The notes: generated by a model from the letters alone, not told the origin. A stretch of DNA of 64,000 nucleotides from Christensenellaceae bacterium (GCA_031260975.1 JAISKJ010000003.1:65480-129479); one strand, 5' to 3'. Numbered from the stretch's first letter, positions 19,841 to 30,389 are shown. Translations and numbers: made by a program.

Positions 19841-20273
19841 CATAAGAGGCATGACGACCGAAGAATTGAACACAAAGCTTATTTCTAGCAAAACCGAATT
19901 GTTCAACCTTAGGTTTCAGCATGCTACGGGGAACTTAAACAACCCCATGATGCTTAATACGCTTAAAAAAGATATTGCAAAAATCAAAACTATTTTGACG
20001 GAGCGTCAGTTAAATGTTCATCAGGAACAAACTGTGAAAGCAGAAAAGAAACCTGTAGCTAAAGCTACAAAAACCACAGCAAAGTCTGCAACCAAAGCGC
20101 CTGCCAAGACAGCGGCTAAGGTTGAAGCGAAAGCTAAGCCTAAGACAGAAAAAGTAGCTGTGAAGCCTGCTGTAAAAAAGGTTGAAGCTAAGGTAAAGCC
20201 TGAAGTAAAAACAGCAGCAAAGCCGGCAGTTAAAGTTGCCAAATCTGCTGCAAAAACTACTAAGGGAGCGTAA
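19827..20273 (+). CDS. rpmC: 50S ribosomal protein L29 with a C-terminal Lys/Ala-rich extension of about 80 aa
   Basis: The core is [29 protein letters not shown]. The tail [32 protein letters not shown]... runs from about 20025. Confidence 0.93.
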   Translation: MKINDIRGMTTEELNTKLISSKTELFNLRFQHATGNLNNPMMLNTLKKDIAKIKTILTERQLNVHQEQTVKAEKKPVAKATKTTAKSATKAPAKTAAKVEAKAKPKTEKVAVKPAVKKVEAKVKPEVKTAAKPAVKVAKSAAKTTKGA

Positions 20274-20284
20274 GGAGGAGAGTT

Positions 20285-20548
20285 ATGGAAAACACAGAGC
20301 GAAATTTGAGAAAAACCAGAATAGGTGTTGTTGTAAGTAACAAGATGGACAAAACTATCGTCGTTGCAGTTGTTTCTAACAAAAAACATCCTCTATATAA
20401 AAAAGTCGTAAAAAGTACAAAGAAGTTTTTTGCTCATGACGAAAACGATGAAGCTGGGATTGGTGATACCGTAGAAATTATGGAAACTAAACCCTATAGC
20501 AAAAACTGTCATTTCAGACTTCTTCGTATTATAGAAAAAGCCAAATAA
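20285..20548 (+). CDS. rpsQ: 30S ribosomal protein S17
   Basis: [21 protein letters not shown]...HPLYKK...[18 protein letters not shown]. Confidence 0.96.
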   Translation: MENTERNLRKTRIGVVVSNKMDKTIVVAVVSNKKHPLYKKVVKSTKKFFAHDENDEAGIGDTVEIMETKPYSKNCHFRLLRIIEKAK

Positions 20549-20565
20549 AAGGGAGAGCGTAGATT

Positions 20566-20934
20566 ATGGTACAACCACAAACTAAACTTAAGGTTGCTGA
20601 CAACACCGGTGCAAAAGTTATTATGTGCATAAGGGTGTTGGGCGGCTCATTCAGAAGATTCGGTAACATCGGTGATATTATAGTTGCTTCCGTTAAGAAA
20701 GCTATCCCGGGCGGCACTGTAAAGAAGGGTGATGTTATCAAAGCAGTTATCGTAAGAACTAACAAGGGCGTTCAGCGCAAGGATGGGTCTTACATAAAAT
20801 TTGATGACAACGCGGCCGTTATTATTGACAACGAAAAACAGCCTAAGGGTACCCGTATTTTTGGACCTGTGGCAAGAGAACTGCGGGAAAGTGGATATAT
20901 GAAAATTGTTTCGCTTGCTCCCGAGGTTTTATAA
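20566..20934 (+). CDS. rplN: 50S ribosomal protein L14
   Basis: [17 protein letters not shown]...RFDDNA-type core, 122 aa. Confidence 0.97.
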   Translation: MVQPQTKLKVADNTGAKVIMCIRVLGGSFRRFGNIGDIIVASVKKAIPGGTVKKGDVIKAVIVRTNKGVQRKDGSYIKFDDNAAVIIDNEKQPKGTRIFGPVARELRESGYMKIVSLAPEVL

Positions 20935-20946
20935 GAGAGGTGAGAC

Positions 20947-21486
20947 ATGGCAAAGATGAAAGTAAAAACAGGAGATAAGGTGCTGGTGCTCACCGGCAAA
21001 GACAACGGCAAGGTTGCCGAAGTTCTGGCTACATATCCGCAGGACAACAGAGTTGTTGTCAAAGGCGTGAATGTTGTGAGTAAGAACAAAAAAGCCAGAC
21101 ACGCAAGAGAAAAGGGCGGAATTATCAAGTTTGAAAGCAAGATTGATGTTTCAAATGTTCAGATAGTTTGCCCGGGATGCGGAAAGGCTACCAGAATTGG
21201 GGCCGGCATCAACGAAAAGGGAGTAAAACACCGCGTTTGCAAAAAGTGCGGAGCATCCCTTGACAGCGGCAGAAGGGTTGCAAAAAAGAAGCCCACAGCA
21301 GCTGAAGAAGTAAAATCTGCATCAAAAAAGAAAGAAGAAGAAACAAGTATAGGCGGGGGCACCCCAGCTGTAACAAAATCAACTATAAAAGACGCTGAAA
21401 AGAGTCAGGCAAAAATTAAAACTTCGACTGCAAAATCTTCTACGCAAGTAGCAAAATCAAAGACTGCAGCCAGAAGCGGTAAGTAA
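20947..21486 (+). CDS. rplX: 50S ribosomal protein L24 with a CxxC...CxxC element and a C-terminal Lys/Ser/Ala-rich tail of about 70 aa
   Basis: The KOW core is [23 protein letters not shown], followed by CPGCGK...CKKCG. The tail runs from about 21262. Confidence 0.93.
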   Translation: MAKMKVKTGDKVLVLTGKDNGKVAEVLATYPQDNRVVVKGVNVVSKNKKARHAREKGGIIKFESKIDVSNVQIVCPGCGKATRIGAGINEKGVKHRVCKKCGASLDSGRRVAKKKPTAAEEVKSASKKKEEETSIGGGTPAVTKSTIKDAEKSQAKIKTSTAKSSTQVAKSKTAARSGK

Positions 21487-21497
21487 AGGAGGAGATT

Positions 21498-22292
21498 ATG
21501 GCTACAACAATAAAAACACCGACAGCAAAGGCGGCAAAACCAGCCGCAGAGTCTGCCGATAAGACTAAATCAAAAACTGCCAGCGGCGGCACCGCCGCAA
21601 AATCTGCTCCTGCTACTAAAGCAGTTGCAAAGCCTGCTGCGGCAAAGACAGAAGTGAAAACCGCTGCTAAACCGGCAGCTAAACCAGCCGTGAAAGTTGC
21701 TGCAAAGCCCGCTATTGCAAAAGCAAAGAAACCCACAACAGTATCTAAGAAGAGCAGACTTCATGACTATTATCTTAATGTTGTTATACCTCATTACATT
21801 AAAGAAAAGACTTATGGCAACGTTATGGAAGTCCCCAAGATTTCTAAGATAGTTTTGAACATGGGCCTGGGGCCGGTTAAAGATAATTCAAAGAGTTTTA
21901 ACTTGGCACTTGAAGAGCTTGCTCAAATAACAGGACAGACACCGGTGGCTACCCTAGCCAAAAAGTCAATATCAAACTTTAAGATTAGAGACGGACAGAA
22001 GATTGGAGCTAAGGTAACTCTTCGAGGCGAGGTAATGTACGAATTTTTGGACAGACTGATTTCGATTGCGCTGCCTAGAGTGCGTGACTTTAAGGGTATC
22101 TCAAAAAAAGCATTTGATGGAAGAGGCAACTATGCTCTGGGCATAAAAGAACAGTTGGTTTTTCCGGAAATTTCTTATGAAAAAGTCGAACATATTAGAG
22201 GTTTTGATGTGATAATTGTCACTACCGCTAAAACGGATAAAGAGGCATTAACGCTGCTCACTCTAATGGGACTTCCGTTTAGAGAAAGATAA
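21498..22292 (+). CDS. rplE: 50S ribosomal protein L5 with an N-terminal Ala/Lys/Pro-rich extension of about 85 aa
   Basis: The core begins at [19 protein letters not shown]...[12 protein letters not shown]. The extension is 21498-21752. SD AGGAGG precedes 21498. Confidence 0.93.
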   Translation: MATTIKTPTAKAAKPAAESADKTKSKTASGGTAAKSAPATKAVAKPAAAKTEVKTAAKPAAKPAVKVAAKPAIAKAKKPTTVSKKSRLHDYYLNVVIPHYIKEKTYGNVMEVPKISKIVLNMGLGPVKDNSKSFNLALEELAQITGQTPVATLAKKSISNFKIRDGQKIGAKVTLRGEVMYEFLDRLISIALPRVRDFKGISKKAFDGRGNYALGIKEQLVFPEISYEKVEHIRGFDVIIVTTAKTDKEALTLLTLMGLPFRER

Positions 22293-22303
22293 AGAGGTTT
22301 AAT

Positions 22304-22489
22304 ATGGCAAGAAAAGCATTATTAGTAAAACAACAAAGAAAACAAAAATATGAAACCCGAGAATATACCAGATGTTCTATTTGCGGGCGTCCTCATTCAG
22401 TTTTGCGCAAATACGGAATATGCAGGATTTGTTTCAGAAACCTAGCGTATAAAGGCGAAATTCCGGGCGTTAAGAAGTCAAGTTGGTAA
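22304..22489 (+). CDS. rpsN: 30S ribosomal protein S14 type Z (zinc form)
   Basis: 61 aa, with [22 protein letters not shown]. Confidence 0.96.
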   Translation: MARKALLVKQQRKQKYETREYTRCSICGRPHSVLRKYGICRICFRNLAYKGEIPGVKKSSW

Positions 22490-22503
22490 GGAGGAGAATT
22501 GTT

Positions 22504-22902
22504 ATGATAGTTACAGACCCAGTTGCAGACATGCTAACCCGCATCCGCAATGCACTTACTGCAAGGCATAGCGAGGTTTTGATTCCTGCATCAAAAACAA
22601 AGAATGAAATAGCACAGATCCTTCTTGGCGAAGGCTATGTAACCGCCACTGAACTAGTGGACAACGGCAATTTTAAATCTATTAAAATTGTTCTTAAATA
22701 CGGCCCTAACAATGAAAAAGTTATTCAGGGTCTTAAGAGAATTTCAAAACCCGGACTTAGGGTTTATGCCAATGTACAGGACCTTCCTAAGGTTTTGAAC
22801 GGACTTGGAATTGCTATAATTTCGACCAACAAAGGCATTATGACCGACAAACAGGCCCGCAGCCAGAACGTAGGCGGCGAAGTGCTTGCGTTTGTATGGT
22901 AA
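22504..22902 (+). CDS. rpsH: 30S ribosomal protein S8
   Basis: [14 protein letters not shown]...; start moved to the ATG at 22504 after SD GGAGGAG. Confidence 0.96.
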   Translation: MIVTDPVADMLTRIRNALTARHSEVLIPASKTKNEIAQILLGEGYVTATELVDNGNFKSIKIVLKYGPNNEKVIQGLKRISKPGLRVYANVQDLPKVLNGLGIAIISTNKGIMTDKQARSQNVGGEVLAFVW

Positions 22903-22912
22903 GGAGGTAGGT

Positions 22913-23455
22913 ATGTCAAGAGTAGGAAGACAGGCGATAGCAATTCCGGCAGGCGTTAGCGTTGAAATAGGCGCAAATACCGTAAAGGTTAAGGGTCCCC
23001 TTGGGGAGCTGAGCCGTGACATTGAGAAAATTGTTAGCGTCAAGATTGAAGGAAATGAAGTTGTTGTGTCGCGGCACAATGACCTAAATGAAAGCAAGGC
23101 GAAACACGGCCTCTATCGCCAGCTTATTGCAAATATGGTTGAAGGCGTAAGCAAAGGTTTTTCAAAATCTTTGGTTATTAACGGCGTGGGTTACAAGCTT
23201 AACCAGAGCGGAGACAAAATCATTATGAACATAGGGTTTTCACACCCTGTTGAAATAGTTCCGACAGTTGGAATTAAACTGACCGCTAAGGGTGACAAGG
23301 AAGTTGTTGTAAGCGGCATAGACAAAGAAAAAGTCGGCCAATTTGCTGCCAAGATAAGAGACATCAAAAAGGTAGAGCCATATCACGCATATGGTATAAG
23401 ATACATTGACGAAGTTGTTGTTAAGAAACAAGGTAAAACTTCGGGCAAGAAATAA
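22913..23455 (+). CDS. rplF: 50S ribosomal protein L6
   Basis: [15 protein letters not shown]...[10 protein letters not shown]; start moved to 22913 after GGAGG. Confidence 0.96.
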   Translation: MSRVGRQAIAIPAGVSVEIGANTVKVKGPLGELSRDIEKIVSVKIEGNEVVVSRHNDLNESKAKHGLYRQLIANMVEGVSKGFSKSLVINGVGYKLNQSGDKIIMNIGFSHPVEIVPTVGIKLTAKGDKEVVVSGIDKEKVGQFAAKIRDIKKVEPYHAYGIRYIDEVVVKKQGKTSGKK

Positions 23456-23472
23456 AGGAGCGCAAAAGTTGT

Positions 23473-23841
23473 ATGATAAAGCAAGCTAATAAGAATGAAC
23501 AAAGACAGCCCAGACACCTAAGGGTGCGCGGCAAAATAAGCGGAACCAAAGAGTGTCCGAGACTTAACGTATATAGGAGTACCACTCACATATACGCTCA
23601 GGTCATGGATGACTCTAAGGGTGTAACACTGATAAGCGCTTCTACAGTCGAAAAGTCGATAGCCGATGCAATTGCCGGAAAAAACAAAAAAGAACAGGCT
23701 TTTATAGTTGGCGAACAGGTTGCAAAGAGAGCAGTTAAAAAAGGCATCAAGAGTGTTGTGTTTGACCGGGGCGGATATATCTATACCGGAAGAGTGCAGG
23801 CTTTGGCTGACGGCGCTCGAAGCGGCGGACTAAAGTTTTAG
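23473..23841 (+). CDS. rplR: 50S ribosomal protein L18
   Basis: [29 protein letters not shown]...[24 protein letters not shown]. Confidence 0.96.
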   Translation: MIKQANKNEQRQPRHLRVRGKISGTKECPRLNVYRSTTHIYAQVMDDSKGVTLISASTVEKSIADAIAGKNKKEQAFIVGEQVAKRAVKKGIKSVVFDRGGYIYTGRVQALADGARSGGLKF

Positions 23842-23852
23842 TGGAGGGAATT

Positions 23853-24485
23853 ATGGCAGAAATAAAAAAAGAAGAAGGTGTTGCTCCGGCTACGGCTCCG
23901 GCTGAGGCTAAGAGCAGCAAGTTTAACAGAAATGATAGAAAGCCTGGGGATAAAAAGTTTGGCGACAAGAAATTTGGCGACAAGAAGAGAGAACCCAGAC
24001 GTGAGAGAGAAGCCAGCGAGTTTGAACAGAAGCTGGTTGAAGTCAGACGTGTAGCTAAGGTTGTTGCCGGAGGCCGTACAATGAGATTTAGTGCGCTGGT
24101 TGTTGTAGGCAACAAAAAAGGTTTGGTCGGCGTGGGAACAGGCAAAGCAGCCGAGGTTCCGGACGCTATTGAAAAAGCAGCTGCAATGGCAAAACGTGGT
24201 TTGATATCAGTTCCGACCGTAGGCACTACTATTCCGCATGACGTAGTAGGAAAATTTGGCGCAAGCAGTGTAATTATGCTTCCTGCCAAAGAAGGTGCGG
24301 GTGTTATTGCGGGGGGATCAGCAAGAGCTGTTTTGGAACTTGCCGGTATTCGTGATATAACCGCAAAGGCACATGGGGCCAGCAATAAAATAAACTGTGT
24401 CAGAGCAACCATTGAAGGGCTGAAATTGCTTAGAACCCGCGAACAAATTGCGGCACTCCGCGGCAAAGCGGCAGAAGAAATTTAG
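23853..24485 (+). CDS. rpsE: 30S ribosomal protein S5 with a charged N-terminal extension of about 50 aa
   Basis: The core is [38 protein letters not shown]. The extension contains [15 protein letters not shown]. Confidence 0.94.
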   Translation: MAEIKKEEGVAPATAPAEAKSSKFNRNDRKPGDKKFGDKKFGDKKREPRREREASEFEQKLVEVRRVAKVVAGGRTMRFSALVVVGNKKGLVGVGTGKAAEVPDAIEKAAAMAKRGLISVPTVGTTIPHDVVGKFGASSVIMLPAKEGAGVIAGGSARAVLELAGIRDITAKAHGASNKINCVRATIEGLKLLRTREQIAALRGKAAEEI

Positions 24486-24495
24486 AGGTGCAACT

Positions 24496-24711
24496 ATGGA
24501 AAAGAAAACAAAAACTAAAAAATCAGCAAAGCAGCTTAAAGTAACCTATCTCAAAAGTGCCATTGGTTTTGACAAAAACCAGAAGGCAATTATTGAAGCA
24601 TTGGGATTTACTAAGCTTAACACCACAAAGGTTTTTCCGGACAACGCGTGCATCCGTGGCAGTTTGTTTAAAGTAAAACACTTGGTTCAAGTGGAAGAAA
24701 TTAAGGAGTAA
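24496..24711 (+). CDS. rpmD: 50S ribosomal protein L30
   Basis: [28 protein letters not shown]; start moved to 24496. Confidence 0.93.
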   Translation: MEKKTKTKKSAKQLKVTYLKSAIGFDKNQKAIIEALGFTKLNTTKVFPDNACIRGSLFKVKHLVQVEEIKE

Positions 24712-24715
24712 GACT

Positions 24716-25159
24716 ATGAATATACAATCTTTGAGCCCCGCTCCCAACTCCAAAAAAGGCAGAAAACGCCTTGGTAGAGGTGTGGGTAGCGGTTTGGGCA
24801 AGACAAGCGGTAAGGGTACTAAGGGTCAAAACTCCCGCAGCGGCGGAGGTGTTAGGCCGGGCTTTGAAGGCGGACAGATTCCTCTTATCCGAAGACTGCC
24901 TAAGCGCGGTTTTACTAATGTATTCAAAAAAGAATACAGTATAGTAAATGTAAGCGAACTTGAAACATTTAAGGACGGAACTGTTGTTGATGCAGCATTG
25001 CTTTTGGAAAACAGAATTTTGCGCAAGGTTGAGCCTTATGGCCTGAAAATTTTGGGTAATGGGAAACTAAGCAAAAAACTGACAGTTAAGGCGGCAGCGT
25101 TTACGCAGTCGGCTAAACAAAAGATAGAAAAAGCAGGCGGTAAGGCCGAGGAGGCATAA
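24716..25159 (+). CDS. rplO: 50S ribosomal protein L15
   Basis: [37 protein letters not shown]. Confidence 0.96.
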   Translation: MNIQSLSPAPNSKKGRKRLGRGVGSGLGKTSGKGTKGQNSRSGGGVRPGFEGGQIPLIRRLPKRGFTNVFKKEYSIVNVSELETFKDGTVVDAALLLENRILRKVEPYGLKILGNGKLSKKLTVKAAAFTQSAKQKIEKAGGKAEEA

Positions 25160-26436
25160 TGTTTAAGAACATCATTGAGGCTTTTAAAATAAAGGAAGTC
25201 AGACGCAAAATCTGGCTCACTCTTGCCATTTTATTAGTCTACCGAATTGGTTGTTGGATTCCAACTCCAGGCATAGCTCTTGGCACCTTTGCCGGCAATG
25301 TTCAGGATGGAGGTTTCCTGTCAATAATAAGCGGTGTGAGCGGAAACGCTCTTGCCAACGGTGCGCTGCTGGCACTTGGTGTGTTGCCGTATATTAACGC
25401 GTCTATTATAATGCAGCTTTTGACTATAGCGATACCCAGACTTGAGCGTTTGGCCAGACACGGCGGCGAAGAGGGAAGAAAGAAAATAACTTTCTATACC
25501 CGTATAGCGGCTTTGGTGCTGGCTTTGGCGCAGTCTATCGGTATTGTGGTGAGTTTTGGCGCAGCAAGTTTGGATACTTCAGCAATCGCAAACCCCCTTA
25601 TAGTGGGAATTATGGTTGTTTTAGTGCTAACGGCAGGTGCTATGTTCACTGTATGGCTGGGTGAAAAGATTACTGCAATCGGTATAGGCAACGGACAGTC
25701 TTTGCTTATATTTGTAGGTATCTTGTCAACCGCAGCGCAGGCAATTTCTACCGCAGTTGTTGATGTAGCAAACGACATTGACCGTATCTGGACCTTTGGT
25801 GTGTTCCTGGCGGCAGTAGTAGTTATATTTGGCTTTATTGTACTGATAGACTTGGCCGAGAGGCGGGTGCCGGTGCAGTATGCTAAACAAATCAAGGGCA
25901 GAAAAATGTATGGCGGACAGAGTACTTTTATACCCATAAAGGTGAACTCGTCAGGGGTTATGCCCATTATATTTGCGATGGCTATTATATCATTCCCTCA
26001 GCTTATAGTAAGCATGGTTTCACCAACTACGGCTTATCCGTCATATCTTGCGATGGGCGGATGGTTATATACCATAATCGTGGCGGTGCTAATACTGTTC
26101 TTCAGTTACTTCTATTCGCAGGCAACATTCAATCCGGTTGATGTTTCAAGGCGAATTCAGCAAAACGGCGGATTCATTCCGGGTATCAGGGCGGGTGCGC
26201 CCACTGCCGAATATTTGACCAAAATTTCAAGGCGTGTAACCTTATTTGGTGCAATATTTCTGGCTATAATCGCACTTGTTCCGGCACTTGTGTTTGGATT
26301 TGTTGGAGGCGGAAGTTCAATTGTAAACGCGTTTAGCGCAACAGGACTTATAATTGTAGTATCAGTTGCCCTTGAGTTTAACAAACAGCTTGAAGCGCAG
26401 CTGCTTATGCGTAACTATAAAGGCTTTTTGAAGTGA
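25159..26436 (+). CDS. secY: preprotein translocase subunit SecY
   Basis: 10-TM protein with ...LALGVLPYINASIIMQLL..., at the conserved position after rplO. Confidence 0.96.
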   Translation: MFKNIIEAFKIKEVRRKIWLTLAILLVYRIGCWIPTPGIALGTFAGNVQDGGFLSIISGVSGNALANGALLALGVLPYINASIIMQLLTIAIPRLERLARHGGEEGRKKITFYTRIAALVLALAQSIGIVVSFGAASLDTSAIANPLIVGIMVVLVLTAGAMFTVWLGEKITAIGIGNGQSLLIFVGILSTAAQAISTAVVDVANDIDRIWTFGVFLAAVVVIFGFIVLIDLAERRVPVQYAKQIKGRKMYGGQSTFIPIKVNSSGVMPIIFAMAIISFPQLIVSMVSPTTAYPSYLAMGGWLYTIIVAVLILFFSYFYSQATFNPVDVSRRIQQNGGFIPGIRAGAPTAEYLTKISRRVTLFGAIFLAIIALVPALVFGFVGGGSSIVNAFSATGLIIVVSVALEFNKQLEAQLLMRNYKGFLK

Positions 26437-26456
26437 TAGCAGGAGGGGGTAAGTTT

Positions 26457-27083
26457 ATGAATATTATTTTGTTTGGAGCGCCCGGCAGCGGCAAAGGAAC
26501 ACTGTCAAATATGCTTGAAAAAGAGCTGGGTGTGGTGCACATTTCAACGGGTGATATGTTCAGAAGCGAAATAGCTTCTGACACGGAGCTTGGCAGAAAT
26601 GTTAAAGGCTATTTGGACAGCGGCAGCCTTGTGCCGGATGAAATTGTAATAGGGGTCATAAAAGAAAGACTAAGCAATTCTGACACCAAGAAAGGAGTTT
26701 TGTTTGACGGCTTTCCTAGGACGGTTTTTCAGGCTAAGGCTCTTGACAAGATTTGTAGCATAGACAAAGTAATTTTAATAGAAATAACCCCCGAGGCTGT
26801 TATTAAAAGACTTACTACAAGGCGCATGTGTAAGCAATGCCAAAAAATAACAAACCTTAGATGGTTGGTTAACGGCAAATGTGAGAAATGCGGCGGAGAA
26901 GTTTATCAGCGTGATGACGACAAAGAAGAGGTCATAATAGACCGACTGAAAAATTATGAAATGCTTACAAAACCGCTTGCTGAGTATTATACTAAAGCAT
27001 GCAAGTTGCTTATGATGGAAGCAAAACAAGAGGTGAGCGACAATCTTAAAGACGCGTTGGCTTTGATTAACAAAAAGAGTTAG
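26457..27083 (+). CDS. adk: adenylate kinase (zinc-lid form)
   Basis: MNIILFGAPGSGKGT..., DGFPRT, and lid CKQC...CEKCGG. Confidence 0.95.
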   Translation: MNIILFGAPGSGKGTLSNMLEKELGVVHISTGDMFRSEIASDTELGRNVKGYLDSGSLVPDEIVIGVIKERLSNSDTKKGVLFDGFPRTVFQAKALDKICSIDKVILIEITPEAVIKRLTTRRMCKQCQKITNLRWLVNGKCEKCGGEVYQRDDDKEEVIIDRLKNYEMLTKPLAEYYTKACKLLMMEAKQEVSDNLKDALALINKKS

Positions 27084-27114
27084 AGTAATGAAAGTGTTGG
27101 TGTTGTGAGGTATT

Positions 27115-27858
27115 ATGATAGATATAAAAATTGCAGACCAGATAACTAAGATGCGTGCAGCCGGAAAGCTGACGAGGGAAACATTGGAGTTTATTGAAAA
27201 AAACATTAAACATGGGGTTACTCCCAAACAGTTGGATAAGCTTGCGTATGATTATATTATCCATAACGGCGGATATCCGAGTTGCCTCGGGTTTGAGGGG
27301 TATAAATACAGCACTTGCATGTCGGTGAACAACACTATAGTGCATGGAGTGCCAACTGATGAACCCCTTAAAGAAGGCGATATCATCAGCGTTGATCTCT
27401 GTGTTGAACTTAACGGTTTTAACGGAGACAGTGCCCGAACATATCCGGTGGGCAAGATATCAAAAGCAAGGCAAAAACTTATTGATGTGACTAAACAAAG
27501 TTTTTTTGAAGGTATAAAAAACATTAAGGATGGCAGCACAGTCGGTGACATTGGGGCACAGGTACAAAAATACGTTGAAAAGCATGGCTTTTCAGTGGTG
27601 CGTGACTTGTGCGGGCACGGAATAGGAAAGACTATTCATGAAGAGCCTCCGGTGCCAAATTTCGGCAAAGCGGGTCTTGGCCCTAAGCTTCACGCAGGCA
27701 TGACCATATGTGTTGAGCCTATGGTGAATGCAGGCGACTGTCAGGTAATATTTGACAAGACCGACGGCTGGACAGTGCGTACTAAAGACGGAAGCGATGC
27801 GGCACACTATGAAAACACAATTCTCATAACCAAAGACGGTGTGGAGATTTTAACATGA
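27115..27858 (+). CDS. map: type I methionine aminopeptidase
   Basis: Pita-bread metal ligands lie in ...ISVDLCVELNGFNGDSARTY..., CGHGIG..HE.P and ...AAHYENT. Confidence 0.94.
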   Translation: MIDIKIADQITKMRAAGKLTRETLEFIEKNIKHGVTPKQLDKLAYDYIIHNGGYPSCLGFEGYKYSTCMSVNNTIVHGVPTDEPLKEGDIISVDLCVELNGFNGDSARTYPVGKISKARQKLIDVTKQSFFEGIKNIKDGSTVGDIGAQVQKYVEKHGFSVVRDLCGHGIGKTIHEEPPVPNFGKAGLGPKLHAGMTICVEPMVNAGDCQVIFDKTDGWTVRTKDGSDAAHYENTILITKDGVEILT

Positions 27859-28127
27859 AAAATCTAACATATGTTTTAAAAAAAGGAAGCTTTGTTGTGT
27901 CTTTAACAGGTCACGATGAGGGACGGACATACGTGGTTACGGAGGTAATCAACAGCGACTTTGTGATGCTTGCCGACGGCACCTATCACAAGTTGAAAAA
28001 CCCCAAACGCAAGCGTATAAAACACATAAAAAATACAGGTAAGGTATCAGACCTTATAGCAGTACAGAAATTTAATGACAACAATATTCATGCCGAAATA
28101 ATAAATTTTGGCAAAAGCGGTAAATAA
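27855..28127 (+). CDS. KOW-domain RNA-binding protein (map-infA spacer gene typical of Clostridia)
   Basis: LKKGSFVVSLTGHDEGRTYVV KOW-like motif. Overlaps the map stop. Confidence 0.7.
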   Translation: MKNLTYVLKKGSFVVSLTGHDEGRTYVVTEVINSDFVMLADGTYHKLKNPKRKRIKHIKNTGKVSDLIAVQKFNDNNIHAEIINFGKSGK

Positions 28128-28184
28128 GAAAATAAATTTTCTTACGTACCTAAAGAAAAATAAATTTTTCTTAGCATCCTAAAG
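28127..28184 (+). repeat. tandem imperfect 29-nt duplication upstream of infA
   Basis: agaaaataaattttcttacgtacctaaag / aaaaataaatttttcttagcatcctaaag. Each unit carries an AGAAAA-TAAA-TTTTCT hairpin. The second unit runs into the infA SD. Confidence 0.8.
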
Positions 28185-28198
28185 GAGAGAAGATTAAG

Positions 28199-28417
28199 AT
28201 GGCAAAATCTGACAATCTTGAAATGGAAGGAATAGTGAAGGAAGTTCTGCCCAACGCAACGTTTAAGGTAGAACTGCCCAACAAGCATAGTATTACTTGC
28301 TATATTTCCGGCAAGCTTCGAATGAACTACATAAAGATATTAGAAGGCGATACAGTCAAGGTGGAGATAAGTCCATATGACCTTAGTCGCGGCCGCATAA
28401 CTTATCGAGTTAAGTAA
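28199..28417 (+). CDS. infA: translation initiation factor IF-1
   Basis: [28 protein letters not shown]...[32 protein letters not shown]. Confidence 0.97.
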   Translation: MAKSDNLEMEGIVKEVLPNATFKVELPNKHSITCYISGKLRMNYIKILEGDTVKVEISPYDLSRGRITYRVK

Positions 28418-28502
28418 TAAGCAGATAGTTGCGGGTTTATTCCCCAACAATAGAAATAAAAAGTAGCCCGCGGTGATACACCGCAGAATAAGGAGAAAGA
28501 TC

Positions 28503-28616
28503 ATGAAAGTTCGTCCATCAGTGAAACCTATATGCGACAAGTGTAAGGTTATAAAAAGAGAAGGCAAAGTAATGGTTATTTGCAAAAATAAGAAACACAA
28601 ACAGACACAAGGTTAA
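28503..28616 (+). CDS. rpmJ: 50S ribosomal protein L36 (not in the ORF track, 37 aa)
   Basis: Translated by hand: [49 protein letters not shown] lies upstream. Confidence 0.95.
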   Translation: MKVRPSVKPICDKCKVIKREGKVMVICKNKKHKQTQG

Positions 28617-28938
28617 AACTTGTGGATTTTTGCTGTTAAAAGCAAGACTAGTATTGAAAATAATCGCTAAAGGGGCGGCTGGTGTATTCGTTACACTCCC
28701 TGAGCGTTTATTGTGAGCAAGCAAGGTTGTGTGCAAATTTGTTTGCATAAGACTTAGCAAGCGAACAACGAAGGTTTTATCATGCAATGTTTGTTGTCGT
28801 ATCTATAAGGGTAAATCCCGAATAGATTAAAGGCTTTAGCCTAGGACATAAAACCTTTGATATATATAAAAAACTAATAAGGCCCACATCTCCTTGGGAG
28901 TAAATGGCCTTACATTAAAATAAAGGAGAAAAAACAAT
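28617..28938 (+). promoter_or_regulatory. unusually long rpmJ-rpsM spacer, candidate alpha-operon (S4-binding) leader or unassigned RNA
   Basis: 322 nt with no credible ORF. Hairpins include TGCAAA-TTTG-TTTGCA and AAGGCC...GGCCTT enclosing CTCC-TTG-GGAG just before the rpsM SD. Confidence 0.35.
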
Positions 28939-29313
28939 ATGGCTCGTATTGCAGGTGTAGACCTACCCAACGAAAAGCGTGTGGAGATAGGACTTACTTA
29001 TATAAAGGGTATAGGCAGAGTAACTTCCAATAAAATATTGGAGGCTACTAAAATCAGCCCTGACCTTAGAGTAAAGGACTTGACAGAGGCCGATGTTGCT
29101 AAGTTGCGTGAATTCATTGACCGCAATGTTGTGGTTGAGGGTGACCTTCAGAGAGAAGTTTCGCTCAATATCAAAAGGCTTGGCGAAATCGGATGTTATA
29201 GAGGTATCCGTCACCGTAAGGGACTTCCCGTGCGCGGACAGAGCACCAAACAAAACGCAAGAACCCGTAAAGGTCCTAAGAAAACTGTTGCCAAAAAGAA
29301 AAAGGCAGTTTAA
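28939..29313 (+). CDS. rpsM: 30S ribosomal protein S13
   Basis: [23 protein letters not shown]. Confidence 0.97.
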   Translation: MARIAGVDLPNEKRVEIGLTYIKGIGRVTSNKILEATKISPDLRVKDLTEADVAKLREFIDRNVVVEGDLQREVSLNIKRLGEIGCYRGIRHRKGLPVRGQSTKQNARTRKGPKKTVAKKKKAV

Positions 29314-29363
29314 TAAATTATAAGCAGAGCTTTAGCTTTGCGTAAAAGGAGAATAGAGTTAAA

Positions 29364-29753
29364 ATGGCTGTTGTTAAAAAAACAAGAAAGAGAAAAACAA
29401 CAAAAAATATTGACAAGGGTGCAGTATATATACAAGCATCTTTCAACAATACAATGGTTACTTTTACCGACACTGCCGGCAATGCTATTGCGTGGTCAAG
29501 TGCCGGAAGCTCGGGCTTTAAGGGTTCCAGAAAAAGCACACCATTTGCGGCAGGTCTTGCCGTAGAAAAGGCTGCCAAGGCCGCCAAAGACCAAGGAATA
29601 AAATCAGTCGAAGTTTATGTTAAAGGACCGGGTAACGGCAGAGAAGCCGCTATCCGTGCTATTGCCGCTGCTGAAATAGACGTTACAAAAATAAGTGATG
29701 TTTCGCCTATTCCGCACAACGGCTGCCGTCCTCCAAAACGAAGAAGAATATAA
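29364..29753 (+). CDS. rpsK: 30S ribosomal protein S11
   Basis: [19 protein letters not shown]...[18 protein letters not shown]. Confidence 0.97.
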   Translation: MAVVKKTRKRKTTKNIDKGAVYIQASFNNTMVTFTDTAGNAIAWSSAGSSGFKGSRKSTPFAAGLAVEKAAKAAKDQGIKSVEVYVKGPGNGREAAIRAIAAAEIDVTKISDVSPIPHNGCRPPKRRRI

Positions 29754-29768
29754 AAGGAGTTTTAAGTT

Positions 29769-30389
29769 ATGGCTAAATATATTGATGCAGATTGCCGTCT
29801 GTGCCGCAGAGAAGGATGCAAACTGTTTCTGAAAGGCGACAGATGCGTATCTTCTAAATGTGCTATGGAAAAGCGTCCGGTAGTTCCGGGCCAGCACGGA
29901 GCAGCCAGAAGGAAGGCAAGCGATTATAGCTTGCAGCTGCGCGAAAAGCAAAAAGTAAAGCGTGCTTATGGGTTGCTTGAAAAACAATTCCGCAGTTATT
30001 ATGAAGAAGCTGAACGCATGAGCGGCGTAACCGGTGACAACATGCTGTCACTGCTGGAACGCAGACTTGACAACGTTGTATACCGTATGGGTATCGGCGA
30101 CAGCAGAGCTGAAAGCAGACAGATTGTTACTCACGGTCACATAACCGTTAACGGCAAAAGTGCAAACATTCCGTCATTGATAGTTAAAGCGGGCGATATT
30201 ATTGCAGTTAAGGAAAACAAAAAGAACATTGAAAAGTTCAAACAGCTTAAGGATATCAAGCTTACTCTTCCGAAATGGCTGGAGTTTGACAACAAAGCTC
30301 TGACAGGCAAGGTAAACGCTCTGCCGCAGAGAGATGATATTGATTTGAACATTCAGGAACACTTAATTATCGAATTGTATTCTAGATAA
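29769..30389 (+). CDS. rpsD: 30S ribosomal protein S4 (zinc-ribbon form)
   Basis: [30 protein letters not shown]; S4 domain [10 protein letters not shown]. Confidence 0.97.
   Translation: MAKYIDADCRLCRREGCKLFLKGDRCVSSKCAMEKRPVVPGQHGAARRKASDYSLQLREKQKVKRAYGLLEKQFRSYYEEAERMSGVTGDNMLSLLERRLDNVVYRMGIGDSRAESRQIVTHGHITVNGKSANIPSLIVKAGDIIAVKENKKNIEKFKQLKDIKLTLPKWLEFDNKALTGKVNALPQRDDIDLNIQEHLIIELYSR

Noticed and set aside
21170-21255. The CxxC...CxxC element in L24 as a novel zinc-ribbon ribosomal protein.
   Set aside because: I recall Cys-containing L24 variants (…CPKCGK…RVCKKCGE…) being common in Clostridia, so this is probably lineage-typical rather than new. Only the long tail is unusual.
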